Shown piece after piece: positions 27,234-41,570 of a stretch of 64,000 bases of DNA. How positions within the stretch are numbered: the first letter of the stretch is position 1; every line of letters starts with the position of its first letter. Source of the DNA: Azolla caroliniana (Eukaryota; Plantae; Polypodiophyta); NCBI GenBank assembly GCA_043228905.1, contig JBHGNT010000006.1:7440001-7504000 (forward strand), read 5' to 3'. The notes under the pieces were generated by a model. The model made no database searches. It saw nothing but the letters and a program-made list of their open reading frames with translations, and had not been told where the DNA came from. Made by a program: the position numbers and the translations under genes.

Positions 27234-29320
27234 TGATAGGAATACATGGATCAAACTTGGCCGACTTTTAGGTTTACCGACAAGCAAGCAAGGACAAAAC
27301 AAACAAGATAGAAAATAAACAGACACGGATTTAACATGGAAACCCTAACTGTGAAAAACCACGGGAGCCCACAGACTCCAAACATATCACTATCAAAGTG
27401 TTTACAAGTATGTTCTCAGCGTCCCTAGCCGACTAGGGAAAGGTCAGTTCTGTCAAGGCCACAACCTTGAATAGATCTTCATCTCAGCTGACAGATTAAC
27501 ACATTGAACAGAAAGGAAAGCAAGAATACCAGAACTTGGTATGTGCAATGTCGTTGATCAACTGATCAAATTCGAGGGTCAACGTTGAAGAGGGCTCGAG
27601 TTGCACAACACCCAGTTCACACTCTTTTGTCTTTTTCTCTCTTCTATATCGTTCTTTGTTCTCACCACAATGATAATGCACTCTAGTCTAGGGTTTATGC
27701 ATACAACTATATACACATATATGTATTTACATATTTATCCCTAGACGAATCGGCTTCAGCCTATTCGGCACTTAGTCTTTGGTGGATCAGCTCTTAGCCG
27801 ATCATAGTCGGCTCTCAACTAGACATTTAGCTCTTAGCTAGCCCCTTTATACTTGGCTGACACATAGCCTGCCCTTAGCCGAATCAGCTCTTCTCCCATA
27901 AGGAGGGACACCATTTCATAACAAACTCCCCCTTCACTCTTGTATGGGAGAGTCAACCATCATTGCCTATCCTAGCCGACAAGCTTTAAGTTTGTCCATT
28001 GACAAAACTTTCATTAGCATGTCTGATCCATTATCATTCGTATGGATCTTTATGACAAGAAATTTCTTTTCTTCCACTCTCTCTCGTAACCAATATCTCC
28101 TTTGGATATGTTTGTTCTAAGAGTGATAGGCAACATTCTTAGCAAGGTGGATGGCACTTTGATTATCACAGCTGTAGGAATTGATCTTGCATCATTCTTA
28201 GATGACCAATTAACTCCCTATGAATCCATATTATTTCCTTGTCAGCTACTACAACAACCATATACTCAGCTTTTGTGGTCGACAAAGCCACAACCTTTTG
28301 CAACCTTGATTTTCATGAGACGGCTCCCTTGCATAGGTCATTACATACCTTGATGTGGATTAGTTGGGATTAACATCAACCGACGTATCAGAATCTGTAA
28401 ACCCCTCAAGCACGGGTTTCCCTAAGTCGTATCTGAGACAAACACTTGAGGTGCCTCCTAGGTATCTGAATACCTACTTCACTACAACCCAAACTCCTTT
28501 CTGGGATTGCTCATGTACTACAACATTTGCAATCTCTGGCCTGGTACACACCATATCATACATCAAGCTTCCCACAACTGAGGCATATGGTATCTTCCTC
28601 ATCTCAGCTCTATCCTTTTCGGTCTTCGGACATTGATTGGCATTCAGCTTGCGATTTGTTGGCAATGTTGAGCCGTCTAGCTTGGAATTCTGTATGTTGA
28701 ATCTTTGGAGCACCTTTCCCAGACTATGTGCATCCCAAAGATTCGCGTTGCCGAACCCAAATCTTTCATTGCAAAAGACTTACTCAAAGCCTTTTTCAGA
28801 CTTGAAATCTTCTTTGTGTCTTGTCTGACTATAAAAATATCATCAACATACAATAGGAGACCATCATATCTCTTAACAAAAACACAATGGTGGGCTTGTG
28901 TTTTGTAGAATCTATAGTCTACCACGAATCTATGCTTTAGCCCATACAAGCTCTTTCTTAGCCGGCATACCAAGTTTTCTTTCCCTTTCTCTTCAAATCC
29001 TTCCGGCTATTGCATGTAGATCTCTTCTTCTAGATCACCATGCAAGAAAGAAGTCTTGACATCCAACTGCTCTATCTCCAAGTTCATGCTAGCTGCAATG
29101 CTCAACATAGTTTTGATGGATGTCAACTTGACAACTAGAGCAAATATTTCATCGAAATTTACACCCTTTTTTGTTGGAAGCCCTTCACCACAATGCAGGC
29201 TTTGTATCTAGGTAGATTTCCGTTTTTCCAGGTTTCAACTTGTACACCCACTTATTTCTGAGTGCCTTCTTTCCTACTGGCAACTTAATCAGTTCATATG
29301 TGTGGTCTCATGCAACGAAT
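27234..29320 (-). mobile_element. Truncated Ty1/Copia element: RT-RNase H remnant, PPT and 3' LTR (LTR about 27234-27923)
   Basis: Motifs LRKSLYGLK, LLYVDD, MKDLG and PYASVVGSLMY..VCTRP. Minus-strand PPT AAGGGGGAG lies just before TGTTATG. The distal LTR end is approximate. Confidence 0.85.
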
Positions 29321-29469
29321 ATATTAGATTTGTGAATTATTTATAATCACAAGAAAAGTACATACACTGAGTATTGGCAAGGACATGCAACATCCAAAAC
29401 TGATAAGTGCTCCTAGTTGCTCACTTTAAATAATGCTAACCGTTGAAGGAATAAAAGATAACACGTCTT

Positions 29470-29720
29470 CAGTTTCTTACTCTTCAATGGTTGGATCCCT
29501 AATACATGCAATGGTTAGTAAATGAATAAATATTACTCATGGTGTTAGTTTTATAGGTACATATCCTTCCAATTGTAATATGCCTCACGGAGATGTTGTG
29601 AAATGCACTTTTAGATATATGTGAGGTACCTCTATGTTTTGGAGGTTATAAACATGGCAAGGGATCTTGATGATCAAAAATCTACTCTTGCATTTGTATT
29701 TACTTTTGCAAGGGTGCCAT
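29470..29720 (+). mobile_element. Highly degenerate Copia RT/RNase H fragment
   Basis: Peptides YSSMVGSLIHAMV and DLDDQKSTLAFVFTFA. Confidence 0.6.
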
Positions 29721-29721
29721 A

Positions 29722-30326
29722 TTGTGATATACACAAGAAGAAAGGGAACCTCTTCTTACCCCTTTTGGTGGGTAGATGCAAGTCTAGTTATGTATACATC
29801 TCATGTGCAAGGGTGCACATGTATGAGAAGAATATAGGCACAAGGATGTATCCCATTTAAGTACAAAGTCCTATTTAAGGCTTTAAGGTCAACATACTAA
29901 CTAGATTTTATTTGTGTAACTACTAAGTTATATAATTAACAAAATAACTAAACCTAGTTGAGTTGATATCTCAACAATTATTGATATTGTTGATATGCAT
30001 ACATGATATTGTTGGTAATATTCTATGTGCTAAGGTCACTAGCATGGATAAGTTTCTTGATGAAATCCTTTTCGTCATATGTATGTAAATGGGCCATGGA
30101 CACCCAAATGTTTATTTTCTTCTTTTGTTATGTGAATAGGGTAACACATTCTTGTACCCTTTTATTTGGTGATAGTGGATAGTTTTCTGGAATTGGTCCC
30201 ATGGTGTTTCTATCCCTCATAGGGGGGTTGTCACATTAAATTTTGTGGTGGTGTTTGTGTTGTTTTTCATAAATAATTGGCATTGAGATTATATTTGCTC
30301 CCTAATCAATGGCATTTCTAACAACA
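29722..30326 (+). mobile_element. Possible solo LTR
   Basis: Begins TG and ends near ...aacaaca. Contains a U5-like cccatggtgtttctatccctc...ggg tract resembling the 2876-3651 LTR. No TSD confirmed. Confidence 0.35.
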
Positions 30327-32337
30327 TCATCATGGTGAAGGCAACATAAAATCACAAAGTATAGAATGTGTGGGTAGACTTGTAGCTAGAACCATCAAAC
30401 ACATCGAGAAAATCACAAACGTCCCTAGTCAAAGGTAGAGTTCTTTCACATTACTATATGTATAGATAATACCTTCAATATTACTCATAAGCTTACCTTT
30501 AATTGGTTTCAAAAGCATCTTCATACATGACAAATGGGTACAAGGATATCTCATTGCTTCAATAAAACTCGTAAGGTTACCACACATTGATTTCAAAAGC
30601 ATCTTCATTCATGACAATGATCTATTTTATTGTTTTATTTCTATTGTAAAAGATATTTTCAAAAACTTTAAGCCACTAGTCCACAAGGAATTACGCATTT
30701 TACGGTGGTTTCTTTAAGTTGTTGCCTAATTTCCCATCAAACACGTGGCCATGGCCATGGGCCATAACACATTGGTGACAGAATGCAAAACACATTTCAA
30801 ATGCATGTCCCATCTACCTCATGTTTCCTCCCAAATATGTATATTTATGCATTGTAATGTATGAAAGTGATATATATCACATCTAGGTTACGGAACAAAT
30901 TTAAAGAAACAAAAGAAAATTAGCACTCCCAATTAGCATGGTTACAATGTCAATGGTATCAATTTCTTCATATTTTCACAAGATTTCACAGAAAAATGTT
31001 ATCTATGCATGCACTTCTCTAAACATATGTTTTTCATATTCTTGAGGATTTGAGCATTTATATACCTCTTCAATATAAAAGGTGGTAAGCTATGCACACA
31101 ATCAATTCCTTTGAATCTTGTAACACATTCAACACGCGCTTCCTTTCAATATAAGTTGGCGTACCATCAATTCCTCAAACCCTGTACACATTAAATAAGC
31201 ACCTGGATGTCTTTACACAGATGTTATCCCTTCATGTTCATCACGACAATTTTCTGTTAAGAGAATCATAACTTCACCATTAGCTTGCACATTTCTTTAA
31301 AGTGGTTGCTGATCAAGAGTTGTGAACTTTTCTCTAAATATGTACGTTTGTGGTATGGGGAGAATAAGGGGCACATCGAACTATATCCCCATCTATAATG
31401 ACTTGAGACCCACTGAGATCCACCGGAAAAGGTCTCTGGCAACAGGAACAAGGGTGTTGCACTAGTGGTTCCTTTAAATTATAACTCACTGAAATATAGT
31501 TCTACATGACAAGTACTGGAACTGACCAGAATGAGAAACATTTCAGAACATTCAGAGCACATCATAAGAAATAACTATGTTCCTTATACCACAGAATTGC
31601 AGTTTTGAAACAAAGTTATGGAACTATTTTCAATTGCACATTTTCAGCCTAATCAAATAAGCTAAATGTATGGATTCAGACAAAGTTGTGATCATTTGCT
31701 GGAAAACAATCTGACTTAGTTCAAATTTAGCAATGAAGGGGATATAAGACTGGGAAGTGTACACAGAATCAGGGTGCAATAGAAGCTGAACAAGCTATAG
31801 ATGCATCAATAATACCATGACCATCAATATAATCTGCCTGGATAAACATGCCACATGACTAAACTAAAAGACTAACTTTTACCAACAGTGAGAAGGAATA
31901 GATTATAGCATAGATATTACAATATTTTGTTTTAGAGTATACCTGCATAACCATACTCATAAGACGATATGAAATGCACGTAAGAATCAATATATTAGAC
32001 AGAAATAGGAATAGCTTTGTTAGGAAAGCCACAATAAGTCTGTACAGTCTACTACAATAGAAATTTAGCTTCACTGATTTTAAAATGAATGAATCGGTTG
32101 CACATGTCAACAGAATGATAGTTAGTTATCAATCCTTTTCAACTTCAGCACAAATTAGGCAAAACACCCTAAGTGAGGGTTTGTTAGACCCTTAATCAAA
32201 AGGCTTTCAGCCAAGAGACAGGACATCATATTCAAATGTACAAACTGCATTGGCATCATATGCTCCTTGTTGGTGGTGAATATAATCATTGCAAGTCTTC
32301 AACATTAGAAACAATCACCTGAATAGAGAAGAATTCT

Positions 32338-35300
32338 CTAAGAGCAACAACCTCCTTTCTGTTGAACTGGTTGGCCTTGCATTTGTACAAGCTTGGGTTT
32401 GTTTGTATTCATGGCAGGCTGGCTTGCCATTCTGAGAGAGCACACAGTATATATTCAGATTTAAATAAATTCAGATAATTTAAATAATCTTTATATCAAG
32501 GATTTCCAACACTTTGTTACAATTTAGTTATTCAATGCAAGTGATGTTTTCAAAGCCATATTTGAAAAATTAACTTGTAAAAAGAATCCAAAATATGCAG
32601 AAATTTTCCACTATTTCCTCAAATTTGTTATTTTTCTATGATCCTGGTCAACCCTTGAAAGAGCAAATATATGAGTAATTATATGGTTGATTGATCCCAT
32701 TTTTCTCTCTTTCAGGGGTTGACCAAGCAGGATATGGAAAATAACAAAAACACAGGTTCACAGGAAATAATGAAAAACTAAGGAATCAATTTTTTCTTGA
32801 ACTTGTACAGCTCAAATTCAAATGAAAAAGCATTAAATCAATAATGTGTTACAGCTACTAGAGCTTGATTTCAGATGAAAAATCACTAACTTGAGCATTT
32901 CCTAAATGACCATTGTTATCATTTATATAACTTCTCAGACCAAATCACCTGTTCTTGATCTCAGCTGCCATTGTCATAAAGGCTTCCTCAACATTGGTTG
33001 CATTTTTTGCACTCGTTTCCAGAAATGGGATTCCAATCTCATCAGCAAAAGCCTATATATTTCAGTTTAAAACTCCATGAAGACATTGCATGCTTCTTTC
33101 AAAGGAAGTGCTTGAATGTTAGAAATATATTATCTATCTATCTATCATACCTTGGCAGTTTCAGTATCAACAACTTTCTTGGCTGTTAGATCAGCCTTGT
33201 TACCAACAAGAAGCTTATTCACATTGTCACTTGCATAGCGATCTATTTCATTCAACCACTGCTTCACATTGTTGAAGCTTTCCTGATCCGTTACATCATA
33301 AACGATCTGAAATAGACAAGTTTAAAAGATAGGTTAAAGAACCTTGACAAAATGCTCACAATCCAGAGACAGATGTTTAAAACGATGATTAAACCAGTGT
33401 ACTCACAATGATTCCATGTGCTCCTCTGTAATAACTGCTGGTTATTGTTCTGAAACGTTCTTGACCAGCAGTATCCCACTGTATAATGAAAAATAAATTA
33501 AGTTTTTGTAATAGTGAGTATCCAGCACTAATGCAGTTGAAATTACACGGTTCATATGAACCACAATCATCGGGAGAATTTCTCATATTTGCCAATTGTC
33601 ACGATTTCATGCATACAGTCCAGGCTCTTTCCTTGATTTTCAGAAGATTGGTCACATGCTTAAAATACACAAGCGTGTATATGAGATATGTTTAAATGAA
33701 ATTCGATATATTGACATTTCAACTAAACGTTTTATTACACAGTGGAAAATAGGAAACCGTAAATTTTTTTCTCACTATACAAGCAGGCCCTAAGCACAAG
33801 AGTAGATATACAATAATAAATACCACCTTCAATTTTAGAAAATTGCTCATTTTCCTCTCAAATTTGAGGCTCTATGAACAAGCCTAAACAGATCTACAAC
33901 ATTAACCATTGCACTGATCACCTTTCTTGATTATAAATAGGATCGAAGGGGGTATCACTTACAATCTGCAGCTTTATTGTTTTGCTGTCAAGATCAACCG
34001 TGCGGATTTTCTACAGCATCAATCACAACAACACGCACATAAATACCAGAAGAATTATAGGAAATGAAAGAACTAGAGATTGCTGTCAAATAATGAAATT
34101 ATGATACTCACAAAGTCGACACCAATGGTACTGATATAACTCTCTAGGTAAGAATCATCCTATATATAAAACAAATTTCAGCAACAAGAGTGGTAGGACA
34201 TCATCCCTACTATAGAACAAAAAACTTTAAGAGGTAGAATTTAACAATAAAAAGTTTACCGCGAAACGAAGAAGAAGACATGATTTTCCAACACCTGAGT
34301 CGCCAATGAGCAATAGCTTAAAAAGATAATCACTGAAGACATCATCACCATAAATTTGTACGTCAATAACAACAAACATTGAAGGAATGGCTGCTATCAG
34401 GAAAGAGAGATTTATCATCATTTTGATGTGGACTTAAGCATACAAGAGACAGAAGATAGCCATAACAATGGCCATTAAATCCATAGCCTATCAGTTTCTT
34501 CGTGCATCAAAGAGATAAGAAAAGAAAAGATCTCCAGGTCCAGTGGATCCAGTGCTTTTCATGAGACCTCATTGGGAAGAAAAGAAAAGAAAGGGCGGTA
34601 GATCCACCAAAACACATTTTTTGCTTCATTGGGCCTCAATTAAATTGAAAAGAAAAGAAAAGAAAAGAAAGTTCAGTAGATCCAGTAATCACATACTTTC
34701 GTTCATGAGAAACCCACGAAAAAAGAAAGGAAGGATATGAAGTCCATCAAATATCGCATATTTTGCTTCATGGAATAAATAATCAAAGAAAAATAAAGTC
34801 ATGAGATCCATTAAAACACAGTTTTTGTTTCATGGAAAGAAAAGATCAAAGAAAAGGAAGGCCATGAGATCCATTAAAACACACATTTTGGTTCATGGAA
34901 AGAGAAATCGAAGGAATGAGATCACAGTAGATCTATAGAAAGAAAAATCAAACGCAAGAACCATTAGATCCCTTAAAATAGAAAATGTGTTCCTTTTGAC
35001 GTCCATGGGAAAGATAAAGAAGTTCAATGGATGCATTAAACAGATGTTTTGCAGAAGGCATATAAAAAGAAAGACCAGTCGATCAAATAATGCACATATA
35101 CAGTCTTCTTCAGTAATTATCTCCACACAAAAAACAGGAAATTCATAAGAGATCCTTTACAATAGAAATTTCACCTTCCTTAAAATGTGGACATTAATTA
35201 AACAAGGAGATTTGTTTATTTCTTAAATAAATATATCAATTCAAAACAATTGTCTCTCTTTCCTTTCGACATCCATAACTTAAAAGCAGGCCATAGTATG

Positions 35301-35622
35301 CACTAGACATACTTTTTTTCGTTAACATTGGAGAGGTGTGATTCGACAGGTCAGAAAAATGGCCACACGATAACATTAACCGGGATTGTTCTTTCGTTAG
35401 ATGTGAGTAGTAAACATAGACAAAAGAAGACATAAATATACTTCAAGGAGGCAGATCTAATAGCATGATGATTTTCAAAGACCTCAGAAGATTAAAACGG
35501 GCAAGAAAACCCTGTAGAAATCCGGGGAAAAAGAAAGAAACATAGAATACGGATTTGCAAAGAGGTGAAGGTAAAAAGATCTAGATCGGAGAGGGGAGGG
35601 GGACTTACTATTCAGGATTCAT
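32338..35622 (-). CDS. RABD2: RabD/Rab1 (YPT1-like) small GTPase. Exons 35609-35622, 34260-34332, 34112-34159, 33963-34010, 33407-33478, 33151-33306, 32949-33052, 32338-32431
   Basis: [54 protein letters not shown] and C-terminal GGCCS prenylation site. All introns are GT-AG. Confidence 0.97.
34540..35170. repeat. Degenerate tandem repeats in Rab intron 1
   Basis: Recurrent gatcca(t)taaaacac...ttttgcttcatgg(a)aagaaaag units at roughly 60-70 bp spacing. Confidence 0.65.
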
Positions 35623-36019
35623 GATGAAGAAGGATGATTTTGGCAGAGACGAGACGAGGGAAGATCGGATCTGGAGGAAACAGGTGTTGGCGATGGCGTG
35701 CTCCTCCTCCGCTTCTTCCTGTCTTCTCTTTTCGTTCTTTCTCTTCCTTCTTCGTGAACACAACACAACACAACACACAGACACAGACTGATAAAAGAGA
35801 AGCAAATTTGGGAGATAAATAACAACAAATACAATAAATAATATCGTTTATTATTTTGTGATTTAATTTCTCAGTAATCAAAGGGTTAGCCCACTCAATA
35901 AACAACTAATTATTAATTAATAATTGAATTAACGTTTGCATTATGTACTTAACTAAACACACTAACAAAAAGCGATTTTGAGATCAATAATAAATCACAT
36001 TACTTTTATTTATTTGATT

Positions 36020-36170
36020 TATTAGATCAATTGCTTGTTAATATTAAACTCTCTTTTTTAATATTAATTAATTACTATTGGATTAATTAACTCAACATCT
36101 ATTATCATTATCATTATTAGATCAATTGCTTGTTAATATTAAACTCTCTTTTTTAATATTAATTAATTTA
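36020..36170 (+). repeat. AT-rich direct duplication upstream of the Rab gene
   Basis: attagatcaattgcttgttaatattaaactctcttttttaatattaattaatt occurs twice, ~95 bp apart. Confidence 0.85.
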
Positions 36171-36647
36171 ATAATTTGGTTACCTTGGACTTCGGCCTTT
36201 TTCTTTTTCCTTTTCTTTTCTTCCGGCACGGGCAATACAAAAGAGAGCAGAGAAGAGTGGCCCCTCGGTAGCCGAGTGACCCCACGGGCAGATAGACCAG
36301 AACAAAGCGTTCTTCTAACACACTCCGATTGTCGGTCTACATATCAGGCCCACATTCTTGAACTATGCTCGAAGCACGCAAGCAAGCCACATGTTGCATG
36401 CAATATATGTTCTATCAAATTCAAGTGAACGAGGTGAGTATCCTCCAACTAACTTTGATATGGACACGTTACAACCTAATGGAGTGTGTGTGCGCGCGCG
36501 CGCGCGTGTGTGTAGTGGCGGTCTAACTTGTGAGACTCTTTTGGATGACCTTTCCAACTGAACTGACAACCATTTTCCTCCTCTCTCTGCCTCACTCACT
36601 CTCTTTCTTACCTTCAATCATAGGTGGAATGAATGTGTTACTTAATG

Positions 36648-37138
36648 GTAACAATCGGCAATGGTTCAGTTTGAACCGAACCAAACCGCAAACTGTGGTT
36701 TTAACGGTTTCAACGGTTCAGTTCAAGTTTAGGTTTTTATTAACGGTTCGGTTCGGTTTCAACAATCAAAAAGCAGTTTAACGGTTTTTTGTTTTTTGTT
36801 TTTTTTTTGTAATTTTAAAAAATTGTTTTTAAACAATCTTTTCATTTTTAGACCTTATTCTCACATTTTAGGAACATCTTAAATATTTTTAAAATTTTTA
36901 AAAATGAAATATTATAAATTTTAAAATTTTAAAATTTTGACCTATGTTGAAAACTGAAACCGAACCACGAAACCGCAGTTTGTACGGTTTAATGGTTTAA
37001 CGGTTTGAAAAAATAAATGTTTAACGGTTTGGTTTAACGGTTTCGTGGTTCATGGTTTGGTTTGGTTCAGGTTTCAAAAATTTTAAACGGTTCGGTTTGG
37101 ACCCTCTCAAACCGAACCGAACCATTGCCGATTGTTAC
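36648..37138. mobile_element. Non-autonomous TIR element (hAT-like MITE) with AACCG/CGGTT subterminal arrays
   Basis: Perfect 20-bp inverted termini gtaacaatcggcaatggttc / gaaccattgccgattgttac, many AACCG motifs and an AT-rich core. No clean TSD found. Confidence 0.8.
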
Positions 37139-38793
37139 TTTCCGGATGGAACCAAGAAAGGGCGCATAACACTTGAAAATAAATGTTCGGTTGTCTTATA
37201 AATATGTACTCCTTCACACCTTTTTGTGGGCGTAACATCTTTAGTCGAGTCTTGTTGAAAAGAGTTTGAAAGCGCTCAAAAGTGTTTTTGTATGAAGTTT
37301 CTTTAAGTTGAGATACAAACGTTATACATGGTCCTACCCTCGAGATTGAATCGTTTCCACTGAAAATATGGGAATGGGAATGCTCTAATATTTCATAAAA
37401 AATAAACTCCACTCACTTCCAAGAATTACATGGGGAGCAAGTAAAAAAGTTCAAAAGACACTAAAAAACAAAATGACAAGATTCAAATGGATGCAGTATA
37501 TAAAGAAATGGTTTAGACGATGGAACGCTTTATGATTTTTGTGATTTAAATGGATGCAGTATATAAAGATTCAAATGCTTTATGATTTTTGTGATGCTTT
37601 TTGCAACGCCAATTTATTACAACTTACAATGCTTTTTGCAATGCCAATGTATTACAACTTAGGAGAGCTCCAAAGAGTCATGCTTCACAATTATATAACA
37701 TTTGTTACAACAAACTACGCAAACATCTTCTCTTGTTCAACAACCATGCTCACCCACATATGCTAACTAGTATTGTTTGTTTGACTTATCTCACATTCTC
37801 TTTAATGTGAGATGGGGAATTTGGGCACTCATACAAAGACTCATTGGTTATGCATGTTTTTCCCCAAACAATAAGGGGGAGTCCAAGCATATTAGTTTAC
37901 TATAATGTTCGACCTCCCATGATATCAAGATTTGCCCCACATTTTCAACCATGATCTATCTTGTAAGCACATTTCTCTTTGAATGTGACCATACAAGACA
38001 TGAATATACTCTCACACACACAATACTAGGCTCCAAATGGATGCAACATATAAAGACATGGTTTTGGGAAATTGTATGCACTACATTTGCTTCATGTTGC
38101 ATCAATAGGTACTACGTGAATAAGGTTTTTTTACAATATATATGTATCTTGGCTTGGGAAATATGTGGAGCCTAACACTTCACACATGTTGCATATGTTG
38201 CACCAAGCTACAAAACCATCTTCTTCTCCGTACAAAAAAACCATAGTTGTTGATTCATGCTAGAAACTATTCCTTTGCCTGCCATCCAAACTATTCCTTC
38301 CATACAAATTTCACATTGTGTTCGATGTAAGATGAGGTATTGAGGCATAGGCGAGGAGACTCGTCAATTATGTATAAGTTGCCTTGAAGAAGTTCAAAAG
38401 GATTAGGATCATGATTGATACAATGATATGCCTTTGACCAATTCAAGTTTCCTTTCTACATTATTGATCCACTCCACTTTATAGACACATTCCTCTCAAT
38501 GTCACAGTGTGCACTCTCAATTGCAACGATCATGTAATAAATAAAAAGGAAAACAACAAGAGTCACTACTAATACGTGGAAATATTCAACATTTTGGTCC
38601 TATAGGTCATATTCTACCTTTAGGCGCGATAGTAAAATCGAATTATCTATCTCTCTTTGTAGAAATGTTGTTTTTAAGTATTTAACATGTTGGATATAAA
38701 CGAATCACAAACAAACAACTATCTCTTGTAATAGTAAATGAAAAGTGTATTGTAAATTGCCATAAAAGAAACTCTCTCTCTCTCTCTCTCTCT

Positions 38794-40008
38794 TGGTGAA
38801 AACACACAATTACATTAATAAATGTGTGTGAAAAACACTACTTACAATGGGTGTGACAATGGACTATGGTCACCCACTAACTACACTACATGGGGAGTGG
38901 AACATGTTGAATTGCCAATAAGCAAGACAAGCACTCCATTAAGGAAAAAAATTCCACTTGCTCCAGTAAAGAAATTTGCCACATTAGTACTCTCTTCAAC
39001 TTTCATAGATATGCTTTCACTCCATGTCTACCATAGAATACAAAAGCGTTGCGCATGTCCCAATTATAATGCAATCCCCAATATCTCATAAATAGGAAAA
39101 CAAACTCCATCTTTGATTTTGGGTCAACCAGTGTAAATTGTGCAAACACCCAATGTCTAGGTGTCAAATAACACCGCGATAAAACTTGCCAATTTTGAGA
39201 AATGTAACTCAAAATCTAACAAGCAATCGGACATTGTATAAATCGATGAGTATTATCTTCAATTTGAACAGTGCAATAGAAGCAATTACCCATTGTTAGT
39301 CCACGGTGCTTTAGAGCTAATCCCAAAGGCAATCCTCCAATCAAAACTCTCCAAATGAATACCTTTGCTACAAGTGACAATTTAGAATGCCAACTATGTT
39401 GTAAGATTTTCCACCACCCATTATCATATTTGTGTATTCTCCATCCTTCTTCAACCTTAGATGATAGCCATCCAAGAGACTCAACGACGCAATGATACAA
39501 AATATTAGTAGTCACTTGTAAAAACAGTGTTTGACCCCGTGAGCATCAAACAATCTACGGTTGGTCTCCTGTTTATAGAGGTAAGGAACCTTCCATCAAT
39601 GCAATATTTTGTAGTTGTTGCCAGATAAACCCATTATTAGGCGGGATGCGTAATAATTGTCGTGCTTCAACAAACTCCAAAATTCTTTGAGATGGATCCT
39701 CAACTATATCTCCCACCTCTTTGACCCCCAAACGAAACAAACAATTAAATTGAGGGCGAAATCTCTCCTTTCCTGGCCAACATAATAACCAAGAAGACAC
39801 AAGTAACTCTTTTTGCAAAGAATTACAATGCTCTCTACTAGATTATGGTTTTCATACACATAACAAGAGTGCTTATTGCCATGAGGTAACCAAGTGTTTA
39901 ACACATGAAGAGCCCGGAATCCTAAGTGAAATACATCCATTCAATAATTGCCACCATGACGCCTTAATTGTTGTCCTCCCATGTGTTAAACCCTTGTTCT
40001 CATTGAAA
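38794..40008 (-). mobile_element. 5'-truncated L1-type LINE, same family as 13716-15999, flanked by (GA)n at both ends on its sense strand
   Basis: zf-RVT-like WRVLIGGLP...CFYC...EDNTHRFIQCP. NKGLTHG..IK..WQLLN.CI.LRIP is shared with the 14497 ORF. CT runs lie at 38772-38793 and 40009-40028. Confidence 0.85.
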
Positions 40009-40656
40009 CTCTCTCTCTCTCTCTCTCTAAATTTCTCTCTAAATGAAACACATAAAAGCATAGATATGGAAAATCAGTTTGGAATATAGGAGGCAACACA
40101 CTTGCTTCATGATGCATCACTAAATTCCTCTATAAAGAAGACATTTTCGCAACATCAATGTATTATGGCAGGGAAAAATGTGGAGGCTCACTTCATAGAT
40201 TATACTACATATGTTGCACCTAACTACATAATCATATTCTTCATCGAATAGGGAAACTACACATATCAATACACGTTAGAGCCCATCTCGTTGTTTGTCA
40301 TCCGAATCCTTGCTTCTATGTGATTTAGCTTACACACATTGCAATGTGAGATATGTTGTTGGGTCGCAAGTGATGAAGTAGTTGACTATGCACACTTTGC
40401 TTAAAACAAGTTCAAGAGTCCAAGTATCACACTTTGATATAATGTTTTGCCTTTTATCACATTTGATATGCATTCCATACATCTCTCTCATAGTCACAAT
40501 GTGTACTCTTAATTGCAACATTATTGGTAAAGTTCTTGAAAATTGAGAGTCGTTACTCATCTTCACATGTATTCTGTGAAATGTACTAATATTTTTGGTC
40601 ATACAAGTCATATTTGAGAGACCATAGTAAATCTCTCTCTCTCTCTCTCTCTCTCT

Positions 40657-41570
40657 TGAACATGCAAGACAAGTATGGTGCATGGAATGAGATTGAGAAA
40701 ACACAAAAGGTGTTTTTAAGGAGGCAATTAGGAGTTGAATGCACTACCTCTTACCGGGTTATGCTCTTAGAAACTAGCGTTCGGCCCATAGAGATATTGG
40801 CACTCCTAAGAGTATATAGATACATTACAAAGGTCAAGAATATGCCAAATCATCGATTACCACATCTTGCTTGGAATGTTGGATGTAGGCTACAAAAGAA
40901 TCATAAAAGTAAAATTCTCTCATCTAGTTGGGTTGTTGACATAAGAAAATTGTTCAAAAGACAGGGTGTGGATGATCTTTTAGAGCTTTTGGGGGATGTT
41001 ATTCATTATGTGATGATTGACGAAAGGTTAGTGGGATCATTAAGGATGAAGTGGGAAGATGCTAACAAGATAAAGCTAGAATACTACATTGTATTACATT
41101 GCAAATGTTAACCCTGAATGTTGGTCTCAATATAAGGCAAGAATGCCTATTGATTGTATCCAACCTTATCTCATTACCAATATGAGTAGTAATGCTCGTA
41201 GAGTCCCCACACTACTTCACAGTCGCTCTCACAAGTTAGGCTTCGAAGTTGCATCATGGTATCAAAAAGTATGCAATGAAGGCATGATAGAGGATGAATG
41301 TCACTTGCTCTTCACATGCTTGACATATAGTGCAATTCGTTCAAGATATGATGACATATTAAGAGGGAGTGATAACTTAAGTGTTGTACTTACGACACCA
41401 TCGAGAAGGTTGAGCTCACATGTGTATACTTATTCACGCATAGAGACTTTGTGCTTCAATGTATGAATACCCCTTTTTAGGAAGGAGTCACATATCAAGA
41501 ACACATATATACTCAAGTCCCATAGGTCAAAATTGGCCTCTTTATGGACAATATTTTTTTTCCTAAATTC
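40657..41570 (+). mobile_element. 5'-truncated RTE-X-like LINE (ORF2 C-terminus plus 3'UTR) flanked by (CT)n
   Basis: Peptides IEKTQKVFLRRQLGV..TSYRVMLLE, NHRLP and C-terminal EDECHLLFTCLTYSAIR zinc-finger-like motif. The 3'UTR matches 62347-62535. Confidence 0.8.
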
